From the IMG/VR virus record IMGVR_UViG_3300048589_001057, positions 1-64,000 of that record: a stretch of DNA of 64,000 nt. One strand, given 5' to 3'. Under the pieces are notes generated by a model that had not been told where the DNA came from, did not search any database, and saw only the letters and a program-made list of their open reading frames with translations. This DNA comes from a virus. Position numbers and translations under genes: made by a program. This document shows positions 27,616-38,437 of this stretch, piece by piece. Each line of letters opens with the position of its first letter. Position 1 is the first letter of the stretch.

Positions 27616-29643
27616 ATGCTCCTATATAACAGTTCCAACTTAAATCTTGGCCTCCGGATTTCCCTGATAGATAACTTCTCAGGTCCGGCTGCCAGGATTA
27701 GTGGAGCCTTCAAAAATCTCAAGAATGAGAAAAGCCTGTTCGAAGCTAATGCTAGAGCAGGCAGAGATATGTATAGGAGTTTGGCTATGGCTGGTACTGC
27801 CGCTACATTAGGTATGGGTGCTGCCTATAATAGAGGAGCTAAATTTGAATACATCATCCGTGGAGTTTCCGCTGCTGCTGAGGCTACTTCAGAGGAATTT
27901 GAGCAATTAAAAAAGACAGCTAATGCCTTGGGTGGTACTACAATGTTTACCCCCACAGAGGTTGGTACTGCTATGGAAATGCTGGCTAAAGCTGGCTATA
28001 CTGCTAACCAAGTATTAAGTGCAACCTCCCCCATAGTTAACTTGGCTGGGGCCGCTATGGAAGATATCGGGCTATCAGCTGATATCGCGGTAAGCACCAT
28101 GTACCAGTTTGGTATGGAAGCTTCCAACATGACCTACATTACTGACTTGCTAACCCAAGCTGCCTTGAAATCTAATGTGGGTCTTAAGGACTTGGGGGAA
28201 TCCTTAAAGTACGCTTCAGCCACAGCTGTTGACCTTGGTCAAGATTTACCAACCGTATTGTCACTGATCATGACTTTGGGTAATGCCGGTATGAAAGGTT
28301 CTATGGCTGGGGTGGGGATTGAAAATATGTATAGGTATATGGCTTTAGGTTTGGGCCAGTTCCGTAAACTGGGTAGATCAGAAGCCTGGGAGAAAGCTGG
28401 CCTAGATCCCACCAAGTTAGTAGATGCCAAGGGGAACTTAGTACCCATAATCAATATCCTAGAACAATTATCCAATGCTCTTTCAAAGTTTGGGGACGTT
28501 GACCAGCAAAATTTATTATTCCAGATATTTGGAGTAAGGGGAAAAAGACCCCCATCAAAGTTCATCCAAGACCTTAGCCAAATACGCGGCCATATGAACT
28601 CTTTAGAGATGGCTGGAGGTAAAGCTGCTAATATGATGAAATTCATGATGGAGGGACCCCGGGGAGAATGGCTAAAACTACTTGCTGCCATGGAGTCTAT
28701 GGCTAATGCCTTCGCTGAAGCCCTCGCTCCAGTTGTAATACCCATAATGTGGGGGCTTAACAAGATATTTACTGGTATATCTTGGTTTATGAACTCCATA
28801 GTAGGTTCAGGTATAACCCGCATATTGGCAGTTGGTATAGTACTTAAAACCGTAGTATGGGGAGTTAAATCCGCTATCTTTGGAGTTAGTCTAGCCTTAT
28901 CTAGTTTGGGGGGTACTCTCCTGGGGATTAAAACCGCATGGGTAACTTCCATGGCTCAGATGAAGGCGGCTACTGCCCAGCTTGCTGGAGCCACAGCTAT
29001 AACCGGTGCAGGGGGGGCAATAATGGGATATGGTAGAAGAGTAACTAATCCTAATATACGCCAAACTTCCAATGGTAGATTCTATCAGGTATTCCCAGGT
29101 ACTGGTAGGGGTGCTAGATTCATTAGTACCGCTGAAGCTACTCGCCTAAAAACCGGTAAGAATGCCCTTTTAAGAACCATGTTCTCAGGAGCTGGCTTGG
29201 CTAGTATGGGCCGTGGTGTTATGGCTTTCCTCGGTGGCCCCGTTGGAATGGGCATTATGGGGATAAGCTTAGTATTGCCTTTAATCTTACGTGGCTTAAA
29301 TAAAAATACCGAGGCTACAGAAGAATCCAACCAAGTTATCCAGGATGGTGCTAGGGAAAGTAGAAAATTAATTAGTATGATGGCTAATGAATTTTCTGGC
29401 TTAAAAAATACATATATAAGACAACTATATAATTCTTCAGGGTATGGCTCAGACAACACTGACTTCATATTAGCTAGAAGGTTAAATGAATATAAACAAT
29501 CCCCCAATTTATTTGGTAAGAGGGAATTCTATGATTACAGTAACCCAGATAGGATTGATATATACCTTGATGGTAATCTGACAAAAACCATAGAGAGGAA
29601 AATTAATCGGAACATTAATACCCAACTAAACATAGGTCTATAA
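27616..29643 (+). CDS. tail tape measure protein (TP901-like core)
   Basis: Ala/Gly-rich helical sequence; T.FT..EV..AME.LAKAG, LGESLKY, G.KGSMAG. Confidence 0.92.
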   Translation: MLLYNSSNLNLGLRISLIDNFSGPAARISGAFKNLKNEKSLFEANARAGRDMYRSLAMAGTAATLGMGAAYNRGAKFEYIIRGVSAAAEATSEEFEQLKKTANALGGTTMFTPTEVGTAMEMLAKAGYTANQVLSATSPIVNLAGAAMEDIGLSADIAVSTMYQFGMEASNMTYITDLLTQAALKSNVGLKDLGESLKYASATAVDLGQDLPTVLSLIMTLGNAGMKGSMAGVGIENMYRYMALGLGQFRKLGRSEAWEKAGLDPTKLVDAKGNLVPIINILEQLSNALSKFGDVDQQNLLFQIFGVRGKRPPSKFIQDLSQIRGHMNSLEMAGGKAANMMKFMMEGPRGEWLKLLAAMESMANAFAEALAPVVIPIMWGLNKIFTGISWFMNSIVGSGITRILAVGIVLKTVVWGVKSAIFGVSLALSSLGGTLLGIKTAWVTSMAQMKAATAQLAGATAITGAGGAIMGYGRRVTNPNIRQTSNGRFYQVFPGTGRGARFISTAEATRLKTGKNALLRTMFSGAGLASMGRGVMAFLGGPVGMGIMGISLVLPLILRGLNKNTEATEESNQVIQDGARESRKLISMMANEFSGLKNTYIRQLYNSSGYGSDNTDFILARRLNEYKQSPNLFGKREFYDYSNPDRIDIYLDGNLTKTIERKINRNINTQLNIGL

Positions 29644-30344
29644 TGGCTACCTACAATCTCCAAGACTTACTTCCAAAAGGTTTGTTATTAACTAACCGGA
29701 TAATAGCTGAAGCCAGACCTGGTACGTTAACTCATGATACAAACTCATCTGAGTTTACTAAAAAAATTAAAGCCAACCGCGAAGCTGGGTCAGTTTTAGC
29801 CTGGGAAAAAGAAACCCCAAAATCAGCCGTAGACTCCATTATTTTAGTGGACATGGATTTTGTAAAGGATGATAATAGGCATGGTAGATATTATGACACT
29901 TTAACCATCCCTACTATCCCCCGGGAAATCTCCTATGACCCTATGCCGAGCTGGTCTACAATAGCCTCTATAGGTAGGAATGCCCCTTTTTACAATTACT
30001 CTGGGTCAGAAGATACCCTCACCTTCGAGATCGATTGGTTCTCAAAAGCTGATGATCGTTCATACGTACTCTATGCCTGTAGATGGGTAGAAGCTCTTAC
30101 TAAAGCCAATGGCTACAATGGAGACCCACATAGGCTAAAACTCATATGGGGTAAAGATGCCCTACTATTTAAAGATGTGGTATGGGTAGTTCATAAAGCC
30201 AGCTACAGACTATCCCAGTTCCATAAGGGCAAGTCCATGCTACCCCAGCAGGCTTACCAAGAAATAATTTTAAAGAAGGTATTGGATAAAAACTCAACAG
30301 ATGAGGATATATTCGGAACTTCCTTTAACTACCGCAACTTATGA
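29643..30344 (+). CDS. tail tube initiator / baseplate protein
   Basis: IGRNAPFYNYSGSEDTLTFEIDW; position after TMP. Confidence 0.65.
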   Translation: MATYNLQDLLPKGLLLTNRIIAEARPGTLTHDTNSSEFTKKIKANREAGSVLAWEKETPKSAVDSIILVDMDFVKDDNRHGRYYDTLTIPTIPREISYDPMPSWSTIASIGRNAPFYNYSGSEDTLTFEIDWFSKADDRSYVLYACRWVEALTKANGYNGDPHRLKLIWGKDALLFKDVVWVVHKASYRLSQFHKGKSMLPQQAYQEIILKKVLDKNSTDEDIFGTSFNYRNL

Positions 30345-30592
30345 CAGAACTTTATAAAGACCTATATATCTGGGAATTCTCAGACGGTTCAAAGATGGCC
30401 CTTGAGGCTAACTCTATTGTTGTGGGTAGCCCATTAACCCATGTTGCTAGTAAGTGGGATACTCTATGGGGTATATCCTTTAGATACTACGGAACTCATA
30501 AGTTATGGTTTGTTATAGCAGAGGCTAATGACCTGATTGACCCTTTTCAGGACCTCAGTAATATGAACCTAATCATACCTAACAATGGCTAA
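30341..30592 (+). CDS. LysM-domain baseplate protein (P2 gpX-like)
   Basis: DTLWGISFRYYG...LWFVIAEAN. Confidence 0.85.
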   Translation: MTELYKDLYIWEFSDGSKMALEANSIVVGSPLTHVASKWDTLWGISFRYYGTHKLWFVIAEANDLIDPFQDLSNMNLIIPNNG

Positions 30593-32570
30593 TATAGTAT
30601 CTCCTGAAAAACCCTTATTCCCTGGGTATGGGACTCCATTTTTAAGTATCTACGACCGAGATAAAAAGCTCATCTTGGATAAGATCACCCTAGATGATGG
30701 AACTGATAGGCCTTTGGCTTTATCAGATTTTTCATATACCTTTAATGAGACTGAAGATGATATGGGGAGTATTACCCTTCATAGTGATTCCCCAGCCTTC
30801 ATGGATAACTTCAGATTTAGGCATAAAGGTGTTCTGTATATCCAATGGGGTTGGTTGAATGGTGATAAAAGGCCTTTACTTAGGGTACTGATACGTAATT
30901 TCAAGGAGACCTATAATAGTAGTGGGTATTCTTTAAACCTGTCTATATCGGATAATTATGCCCCAGCCAAAAACTCAAAATCCCCAACTCGGGCAAAACT
31001 TGAACAAACCCTGTCTGCATTAACTGGTATATTGAAAGATCCTAGCAAAGAGATCGAAATTGAGAGGTTCCTAAACCCTCTAACAGGGGCTAACATGGAT
31101 TCAATAAGCTTGCCATTAAATACAGATATCCTAGAAATTGACAAGCCGGATTCAACAGCTTGGAAAATAGACTTTAGTATCCCACCCCCTAAAGAAAAAA
31201 CCGGGCTTTTGGATGATGCTACTCTTCGTTTCTTTGAAAGCTTGGGGTATGCTCCGGGGACAGTACCCGAAGGTTATGATGTTGAGAATAAGCAATGGAA
31301 AGAAGGTGAGGAGCCTAAAAGTAAAGATCAGGGTACTGTATACACTGGTACTAATATGAACAACCTAACCCAGGACTTCATTGATAAGACCTCGGAAGAA
31401 CCCACAGTAGTTAGTGGTAGTGATGGGGAAGTTAAGATATTCAAACGTAGGAGAGTTTCATTGTTCCCTCCAATAACAGAATATACCTTTAGGGGGGGTG
31501 ATGGTAGGTTACTGGAATTCAACTATGATTCAGATGCCACTTATGATGATGATGATAGTGTTCTACGTACTCTTAGTGTTAATCCTGAAACAGGGGCAGT
31601 ACAAGTAACAGACTATGCCAATTCGGTTAGACGTATAGCTGATGCCTATGACCCATTTCAATATGAGGGATTAAAATTCGATGCCAAAGCTTATGAGGCT
31701 GCCATGGAACTAGCTTTAAATGGAAGACCCATAAATGAACTAGGTATTGATAGACAGGCTCCTGTAACCGACGCCATATCAAAACCCATGTTAATCCAGT
31801 GGGGTACCACAGAGAATGCCTCTGGGGGGATAAACGTTGCCCGGGATAATACCGCTGTGGTAACTCAATTCCGTTCAGTACCCCTTAGTCAAACAGCAGA
31901 GGCAATTGATATAATAGAAAATGAACTAAAGAACCTCAAAGCTGAGGACGCCTTTAGGACCAGAGCTACAGCTAAGACCTTGGGTGATCCCTCTATATCC
32001 AATGGTGTTAATATCCTCATCAAGGGTTTATCCAAAGCCAGGCAAGGCACTTACCATATCACCTCTTGTACCCATACAATTGGGAGTTCAGGTTATACTA
32101 ATTCCTATGAGATGTATAAAGTAAGTGATATCCCTAGTTCAGTGGATGTCATCAAATCTGGTAAAACCTCTACAGAGATAAACAAGGAAATATCTGATAA
32201 AGATAACACCCTGAAGAGCCAAGCTAGGTATCAATCCCTAATGGAAAGCCAGGGTTATATTCCAATATACGAGATAGTTAATACTGACTACTACGAGGAA
32301 ATGAATAAGTTAGATAAGGATTGGGTTACCAAAGTAGGCTATACTGATTATGAGATTATCTATGATATCCCCAATTTCAAAGGTACAGGGGAAAAACTCG
32401 TGGGGGCAAGAATGGTTATAAGAGTGCCTAATAATCCCACTTCTCTTACCCATGGTAAAACCCTGGATAGCATATTGGGTTTTGATGATCTCTATAGGGT
32501 TATAGGTGCCCGAGCTTTAAATGCCACAGTAATCAAAACTAAAACCATAAAAGGTAACAACGTATTATAA
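30585..32570 (+). CDS. baseplate hub protein (gpD/gp27-like)
   Basis: GDPSI..G..I.I.GL....G.Y.I....HTI...GY. Confidence 0.75.
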   Translation: MANIVSPEKPLFPGYGTPFLSIYDRDKKLILDKITLDDGTDRPLALSDFSYTFNETEDDMGSITLHSDSPAFMDNFRFRHKGVLYIQWGWLNGDKRPLLRVLIRNFKETYNSSGYSLNLSISDNYAPAKNSKSPTRAKLEQTLSALTGILKDPSKEIEIERFLNPLTGANMDSISLPLNTDILEIDKPDSTAWKIDFSIPPPKEKTGLLDDATLRFFESLGYAPGTVPEGYDVENKQWKEGEEPKSKDQGTVYTGTNMNNLTQDFIDKTSEEPTVVSGSDGEVKIFKRRRVSLFPPITEYTFRGGDGRLLEFNYDSDATYDDDDSVLRTLSVNPETGAVQVTDYANSVRRIADAYDPFQYEGLKFDAKAYEAAMELALNGRPINELGIDRQAPVTDAISKPMLIQWGTTENASGGINVARDNTAVVTQFRSVPLSQTAEAIDIIENELKNLKAEDAFRTRATAKTLGDPSISNGVNILIKGLSKARQGTYHITSCTHTIGSSGYTNSYEMYKVSDIPSSVDVIKSGKTSTEINKEISDKDNTLKSQARYQSLMESQGYIPIYEIVNTDYYEEMNKLDKDWVTKVGYTDYEIIYDIPNFKGTGEKLVGARMVIRVPNNPTSLTHGKTLDSILGFDDLYRVIGARALNATVIKTKTIKGNNVL

Positions 32571-33310
32571 TGGAAGGCCTACAAAGCATACTTAAGAAAG
32601 TCCGTAAGTTTGGGTTAGAGTTTATAGGTTTATACTATTCCTCTTACCCTGCTTATGTTGTAAGTAGCCTAGACCCTCTTGGGCAAAACCGTTTACAAGT
32701 TATAATCCCAACTATCTTCGGGTATCCATCTTTACCCATGTGGGTTAGTTCAAAAGGGCTATCCCCAAGAGTACACAACTTACCCGGTATTGGGGAGTTA
32801 GTTTGGGTGGAATTCCTCCATGGCCGTTTAGAGAGTGGTATATGGTCATACTCTGGTCCCCTCAAAGGGGCTAAGCCAGAAGAATTTAAATCCGAAAAAG
32901 TATACGGCTTTAAATCACCAGGGGGTTATATGGTACTCATTGATGAAATAGATGAGACTATGTCCATGACCCACCCTTCAGGCCAATCGGTCATAATAAC
33001 TAAGGAATTTACTAAGATCACTTCTGAGGATATCCGCCTTACCCAGGAGGAAGTTGAAGAGAAAAGCCCTTTGGGGAATAGCCTAGACAATGATATCAAA
33101 TCCGCCCTTAGCAAATTGGAATCCCTACTGGGTGATTTAAGTACTTTTTCAACCACTCAAGCTGCCGTATCGGCAGGGCCACTAGAACCTTACAAGGTTG
33201 GCTATACTACTCTAAACACCAAAGCTCAATCCCTAAAATCCCAACTATCAAAAATCATCACCAAGTTCGAAGATGGCAGCCACCTATCTGATAAGGTAAA
33301 ACTGTCTTGA
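32570..33310 (+). CDS. baseplate spike (gpV/gp5 OB-fold)
   Basis: DPLGQNRLQVIIP, PGIGELVWVEFLHG. Confidence 0.85.
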   Translation: MEGLQSILKKVRKFGLEFIGLYYSSYPAYVVSSLDPLGQNRLQVIIPTIFGYPSLPMWVSSKGLSPRVHNLPGIGELVWVEFLHGRLESGIWSYSGPLKGAKPEEFKSEKVYGFKSPGGYMVLIDEIDETMSMTHPSGQSVIITKEFTKITSEDIRLTQEEVEEKSPLGNSLDNDIKSALSKLESLLGDLSTFSTTQAAVSAGPLEPYKVGYTTLNTKAQSLKSQLSKIITKFEDGSHLSDKVKLS

Positions 33311-33332
33311 ACAAGATTACCTCCTTAATAAT

Positions 33333-33725
33333 ATGCAAGCAACTAGTTTCTTAGGTAAAGGTTTAAGTTTCCCAGTGGTATTGGAAAATGGCAGTGCAAA
33401 GCTATCAGACCATTACATATTAATTGAGAGTTCCATAAAGACTATCCTATCTTGGCCTTTATACCAAAGATTCTTTAATCCTTACTTTGGGTCAAGGTTA
33501 TGGCAGTTACTTGGAGAGCCAAATGACTTAGTCCTGCATTCTCTAGTAAATACGTTTATAATAGAAGCACTTTCTTATTGGGAGAAACGTATTACTATAC
33601 TAGAATCTTCAATAGCTAGCCTAGAGGCAGATAAACTTATAGTTAATATAAGTTATAAAATAAAGAAATCTTCCGAGCTAAGGGAATTGGCATACACCTT
33701 TTACTTAAACACCTATGAATATTAA
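33333..33725 (+). CDS. baseplate wedge gp25/gpW-like
   Basis: LGKGLSFP, R.FNPYFGSRL...EPND, WEKRI. Confidence 0.9.
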   Translation: MQATSFLGKGLSFPVVLENGSAKLSDHYILIESSIKTILSWPLYQRFFNPYFGSRLWQLLGEPNDLVLHSLVNTFIIEALSYWEKRITILESSIASLEADKLIVNISYKIKKSSELRELAYTFYLNTYEY

Positions 33726-35415
33726 CAACCCTTGGGTAGGCTACCTCGATAGGTCCTTTTCAAATATCAAAGCCTCCGTACTTAAGCGACTCCGGGTATT
33801 AGCCCCAGAGATTACTGACTACTCAGAAAGTAACCCCCTGGTTATCCTAGTAAGTATTTTTTCTGGCATTACCGAAATGCTAAATTACTACATTGATAGC
33901 CAAGCCAGGGAAGTATTCTTGGCAACTGCCAGAAAGTTTGATTCCCTTATTAAACTGTCCAGGCTGGTAAATTACAGGATAAAAGCCAGTATATCGGCTT
34001 CAGTAGATTTAACCTTCACCACTTATGATAGTGATGGAGAAACTATAGTAGTTAATTCTACTCCCATAGTAATACCCATGAACACAGCCATAGCCACTTC
34101 CTCTGGGATTCAATACCTTACAACTAGAGAAGCTAAGATACTTCCTGGATTCTTTAATGTATCGGTCCCAGCAAGGCAAAGAGTAATTCATGGTATAACC
34201 AGTTTAGGGGTATCTACCGGTGCTGCAGATCAACAAATAGCCTTACCATTAGACTTTGAAGATGGGACTCTATATGTACAGGTTGGAGGCGTAACCTGGG
34301 ACTACAAAGAACATTTCGGGTTTTCATTACCAACCTCCCAACACTTCACGGTTATCATAGGGTTATCATATTCCCCATACTTATTGTTTGGGGATAATAT
34401 TCATGGGGCTATCCCAACAGCTGGAGCCACTATAGAAATCGCCTACCGGTCCACATCTGGTATTCGGGGTAGAGTACCGGCTCAGACATTAACTGAGATA
34501 GTTAGTACCTTAACCATCCCCTCGGGGGAGACCCAGATAGCTGAGATAGGGGTAACGAATATAAATGCCTCTGCTAGTGGCCTAGATGTTGAGTCTACTG
34601 AGTTACTCCGGAAGTCAATACCATTATCTATACGTACCTTGGACAGGGCAGTAACAGAACAAGATTATAATGATATTGCCAAGCTAGCACCTTCAGTGGA
34701 TAAAGCTAAAGTCTTTTTCAACTGTGGTAAGAAAGTAAAAATATATGTTGCCCCAATTGGTGGTGGTATAGCTTCGCTCCCTATGATGGCAGATATACTA
34801 GCTTTTATGAATGTAAGGAAGATGATCACTACTTTCATTGATATCCAAGCTGCCGGGGAAACTTATATTGGCATGGATATAGTGGCTACTTCTAGGTTTA
34901 GGATTAACACTCAGCTGACTGTATTGGATATGCAAAAAGCCTTGGTGGATGCCTACTCATCAGTTAATTCGGATATAAATAAGGCTATAAGAATATCCGA
35001 TATATATGCCTTACTCGATAATTTAGAGAGGGTAGATTACCTACAATTGGTAAACATATATTGGGTACCTTATGCTAGGCCTTATGATAGTGATCTTCAA
35101 CTAGATTGGGATAGAAAAACTTTACTTGGTTCTACCACTAAAATACTATGGCAATTGGTATACAATGGGTCAACCTTCCAATTATTCAGGGCTGGAGTAT
35201 TCATCACAGCTATAGCCATTGGAGTTCAGTACACCCACGAGAATTTACTGGAGATAACAATTAATTCATTACCTGCAGGAATAGCCTCAGGTAATAGATG
35301 GACTTTTTATACTTACCCTGTAAATCAGGATTTACAATTGGATGACTACACTGTCCCCAGGGTTTCTCCAGATTTACAATACATTGACATTTTAGTTAAC
35401 GAAGGAAATGGTTAA
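33715..35415 (+). CDS. baseplate J / wedge protein
   Basis: DRSF..IK...APEITDYSESNP, RAVTEQDY. Confidence 0.9.
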   Translation: MNINNPWVGYLDRSFSNIKASVLKRLRVLAPEITDYSESNPLVILVSIFSGITEMLNYYIDSQAREVFLATARKFDSLIKLSRLVNYRIKASISASVDLTFTTYDSDGETIVVNSTPIVIPMNTAIATSSGIQYLTTREAKILPGFFNVSVPARQRVIHGITSLGVSTGAADQQIALPLDFEDGTLYVQVGGVTWDYKEHFGFSLPTSQHFTVIIGLSYSPYLLFGDNIHGAIPTAGATIEIAYRSTSGIRGRVPAQTLTEIVSTLTIPSGETQIAEIGVTNINASASGLDVESTELLRKSIPLSIRTLDRAVTEQDYNDIAKLAPSVDKAKVFFNCGKKVKIYVAPIGGGIASLPMMADILAFMNVRKMITTFIDIQAAGETYIGMDIVATSRFRINTQLTVLDMQKALVDAYSSVNSDINKAIRISDIYALLDNLERVDYLQLVNIYWVPYARPYDSDLQLDWDRKTLLGSTTKILWQLVYNGSTFQLFRAGVFITAIAIGVQYTHENLLEITINSLPAGIASGNRWTFYTYPVNQDLQLDDYTVPRVSPDLQYIDILVNEGNG

Positions 35416-38188
35416 TTTTCAGGATTGGATATTTGAACAATTACCAGCTAGGTTTAAAGCCGAAGATACTTATGTGATTGGAGGTAAAGGTCTATTTCAG
35501 AGGTTCATAGAAGCTCATGGCTATTACCTTGATACCTATGTAACTCCAAAGATTGATAGCTTACTAGATTTGAATGATGTTATCACTACAGATTCAGCCT
35601 ACCTTGCATATATAGCTTGGTTTCTGGGTAATCCTCCAGATACCATTTACAATGAGGAACATTACCGCAGGTTACTAAGGTATATCATGGATATCAATAA
35701 GGTAAAGGGCACAGCTTTAGGCTATGAACTTTTCTTCCGTATCATGGGTATAGAGGTTACAGTTAATGAATTATCAGCTGATGGTTCTACATATGACTCG
35801 GGCCTTATTTATGATGATGGCCATTATTATGATAATAATTGCCCTCCATGTTCTGGCTATACCCTGGATATAGTTGACCCCAATGGTATTCTTGCTGACT
35901 TAGATACTGACCCTTTAATAACAGCTATGTTCTGGGCCATCATAAAATATCTTGAACCCATTAACGCCAGGCTAATCTCCTGGACTTACGGTAGTGGAAA
36001 TGAGCCTTTTTTAGCTACCTTAAGGATTGGGGAATACTATACTACTTCTCCCATAACAATAGGGAATAGCTCATATACCTACTACGATGAGGAATATAAT
36101 GAATTAACTTTACCTATGGAGGGAACCATAGATTGGGGTGACGGTTCTCCCGAGGAAGAATTAACTCCTTATATCTCCCACCAATACACTGAAGAGGGGG
36201 ATTTCCAGATAGCCATAAGGGGCCTTTGTCCACAGCTGGGAAGTACTCCCCAGATGCGTGATTGCCTGATAAGTGTTGATGATTTTGGGGATGTGGGTTT
36301 TAGGCAACTAGACTTTTCTGGATGCTATCTATTAGCTACTATCCCTAATCAAGCTGGGAAGTTGAAAGAAGCAGAATACCTAGCGGGTTTATTCGCTTGG
36401 TGCGAAGCTTTAGTAGGCCCAATTCCCGTGGGATTATTCCAGGGTTCTACTAAAGTACAAAACGGCCATGCTATTTTTTGGGGTTGCTCTAGTCTAACCG
36501 GAACTATCCCAGCTGACTTATTTAAAGATATGCCCTTATTGAATGATGCCCTTAATATGTTCTCTTTTTGTTCTAGTTTAACTGGTAGTATACCTGAAGA
36601 TTTGTTTAGGTATAATCCCTTAATCGTGTCATTTCCTGAAGCTTTCTCTGGTTGTTCTGGTTTAACTGGTTCTATACCTGCTGATTTGTTTAGATATAAT
36701 ACCTTAGTGGGAGATTCTGCATTTACTGGTACCTTCTATGGTTGTTCAGGTCTAACTGGCTCTATACCTGCTGATCTGTTTAGATATAATACATTAGCTA
36801 GGAGTATGAATGCCACTTTCTACGGCTGTTCAGGTTTAACCGGGAGTATACCTGAAGACCTCTTTAGGTATACTACTCAAATACAGGATTACCCTTTTTA
36901 TATCTTAGATGGGGATTATCACTATGCCGCCGGTTTCGCCGCCACTTTCCACGGCTGTTCAGGTTTAACGGGGAGTATACCAGTGGGGTTATTTAGATAT
37001 AATACTCTAGTAAATGTTCTAGCATTTTATGGTACATTCAATGGCTGTTCTGGTTTAACTGGTTCTATTCCAGTTGACTTATTCAGATATAATACCGGGG
37101 CTTCCCTTTGGGCGTTCAGGGAAACTTTTTCTGGGTGCTCAAGTTTAACTGGGGCTATACCTGAAGACTTATTCCTATATAATACTCTGGCTAGTGAATA
37201 TGGCTTTGCCAATACCTTCTATGGGTGCTCAAGTTTAACTGGGGCTATACCTGAGGGCTTATTTACGGCTAATACCCTAGTAAGTAATTGGGGTTTTTAT
37301 AGTACCTTCTATGGGTGCTCAAGTTTAACTGGGGGTATACCTGAAGGTCTGTTTAGGTATAATACCTTAGTAAGTGCTAATGGTTTTAGCCAAACTTTCA
37401 TGAACTGTAGTGGTTTAACTGGCTCTATACCTACTGACCTCTTTAGATATAATGTAAAAGCTGCGGCTAATGCTTTTCAGAGTACATTCCGGACTTGCTC
37501 AGGGTTAACAGGCTCAATCCCAGAAACTTTATTTAAAGACTGCACCTTAGCTAGTTCTGCGGCATTTCACACTACATTCCATGGCTGTTCTGGTTTAACT
37601 GGTAGTATCCCTGAAGACCTATTTAGGTATAACCCTCTTGGTACTGTTAGGGCATTCCATAGTACATTTTCCAGTTGTACTGGTTTAACAGGTTCTATAC
37701 CAGAAGGCCTCTTTAGGTATAATACTGGGGTATCTGCCGATGGGTTTAGAGAAACCTTCTATGGTTGTACTGGTTTAACAGGAACTATACCAGCTGACTT
37801 ATTTAGGTATAATACTCAGGTTAGTACTGGTGGCTTCTACCGAACTTTCTATGGTTGTACAGGTTTAACAGAGGCAGCTAATGGGTTATTTTATTATAAC
37901 TATTTGGTCACTTCTTTCTTTGGGGTCTTCAATGGATGTACTTCTCTCAAATTAAATTCAAACGTCTTTTTCCCACCAGGCCAAGAAAGTGTTTTCTTCT
38001 TGGGACGGGCGATGAACTTCTCTAATATGGTAAACCGGAGCACTTACTCTGGTGCCCCAGGGGTAGCCCCAGCATTATGGAATTGTTCCTTTAACCAAAC
38101 TATCATCACTACCGGCTGCTATGGTGGGGATGGTAACAACTCAACTTCCTTATCCAATTACGGTGACATCCCAGTGGGGTGGAAATAA
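35408..38188 (+). CDS. baseplate gpI-like protein fused to a PKD-like domain and LRR solenoid (putative receptor-binding protein)
   Basis: N-terminal YLAYIAW.LG...KGT..G; IDWGDG; about 17 repeats of F.GCSGLTGSIP.DLFRYNT. Confidence 0.8.
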   Translation: MVNFQDWIFEQLPARFKAEDTYVIGGKGLFQRFIEAHGYYLDTYVTPKIDSLLDLNDVITTDSAYLAYIAWFLGNPPDTIYNEEHYRRLLRYIMDINKVKGTALGYELFFRIMGIEVTVNELSADGSTYDSGLIYDDGHYYDNNCPPCSGYTLDIVDPNGILADLDTDPLITAMFWAIIKYLEPINARLISWTYGSGNEPFLATLRIGEYYTTSPITIGNSSYTYYDEEYNELTLPMEGTIDWGDGSPEEELTPYISHQYTEEGDFQIAIRGLCPQLGSTPQMRDCLISVDDFGDVGFRQLDFSGCYLLATIPNQAGKLKEAEYLAGLFAWCEALVGPIPVGLFQGSTKVQNGHAIFWGCSSLTGTIPADLFKDMPLLNDALNMFSFCSSLTGSIPEDLFRYNPLIVSFPEAFSGCSGLTGSIPADLFRYNTLVGDSAFTGTFYGCSGLTGSIPADLFRYNTLARSMNATFYGCSGLTGSIPEDLFRYTTQIQDYPFYILDGDYHYAAGFAATFHGCSGLTGSIPVGLFRYNTLVNVLAFYGTFNGCSGLTGSIPVDLFRYNTGASLWAFRETFSGCSSLTGAIPEDLFLYNTLASEYGFANTFYGCSSLTGAIPEGLFTANTLVSNWGFYSTFYGCSSLTGGIPEGLFRYNTLVSANGFSQTFMNCSGLTGSIPTDLFRYNVKAAANAFQSTFRTCSGLTGSIPETLFKDCTLASSAAFHTTFHGCSGLTGSIPEDLFRYNPLGTVRAFHSTFSSCTGLTGSIPEGLFRYNTGVSADGFRETFYGCTGLTGTIPADLFRYNTQVSTGGFYRTFYGCTGLTEAANGLFYYNYLVTSFFGVFNGCTSLKLNSNVFFPPGQESVFFLGRAMNFSNMVNRSTYSGAPGVAPALWNCSFNQTIITTGCYGGDGNNSTSLSNYGDIPVGWK
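36400..37950 (+). repeat. LRR-coding tandem repeats (mostly 84-90 bp units)
   Basis: Recurrent GGTTTAACTGG..CTATACC....TTTAG.TATAAT DNA framework; boundaries approximate. Confidence 0.85.
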
Positions 38189-38433
38189 TAGCCTACGCCT
38201 ACATGCCTTCTTCGACTACGGAATTTCTAGTTTACTTTTCTATTAAGGAACTCTATGCTATAGTACTGGCCATCATAGGGTATACCTTTTTACTACTACA
38301 GTCCTATTTTAAGATTACGGCTACCATAAGAGCTTTGGCTAAAGCCCTTGAAATCCAGGCTGAGGATATTAGGGTTCTAGAACTTAAAGTAAGGGATTTA
38401 GAGCTAGCTTCGGCTAAAAATCACACAAAATAA
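38179..38433 (+). CDS. small TM plus coiled-coil protein (holin-like)
   Basis: One TM helix followed by a heptad pattern. Confidence 0.5.
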   Translation: MEIIAYAYMPSSTTEFLVYFSIKELYAIVLAIIGYTFLLLQSYFKITATIRALAKALEIQAEDIRVLELKVRDLELASAKNHTK

Positions 38434-38437
38434 CATT

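Noticed and set aside
28239-29507. Long antisense ORFs (237 aa, 140 aa) within the tape measure gene, and similar ones within terL, portal, MTase and other genes
   Set aside because: Fully overlap well-supported genes on the opposite strand and have no recognisable motifs.
36400-37950. Regular repeats with variable intervals resembling a CRISPR array or multiple DGR VRs
   Set aside because: Repeats are in frame, degenerate at synonymous positions and encode LRRs. No cas genes, no A-specific mismatch pattern and no match to the TR.
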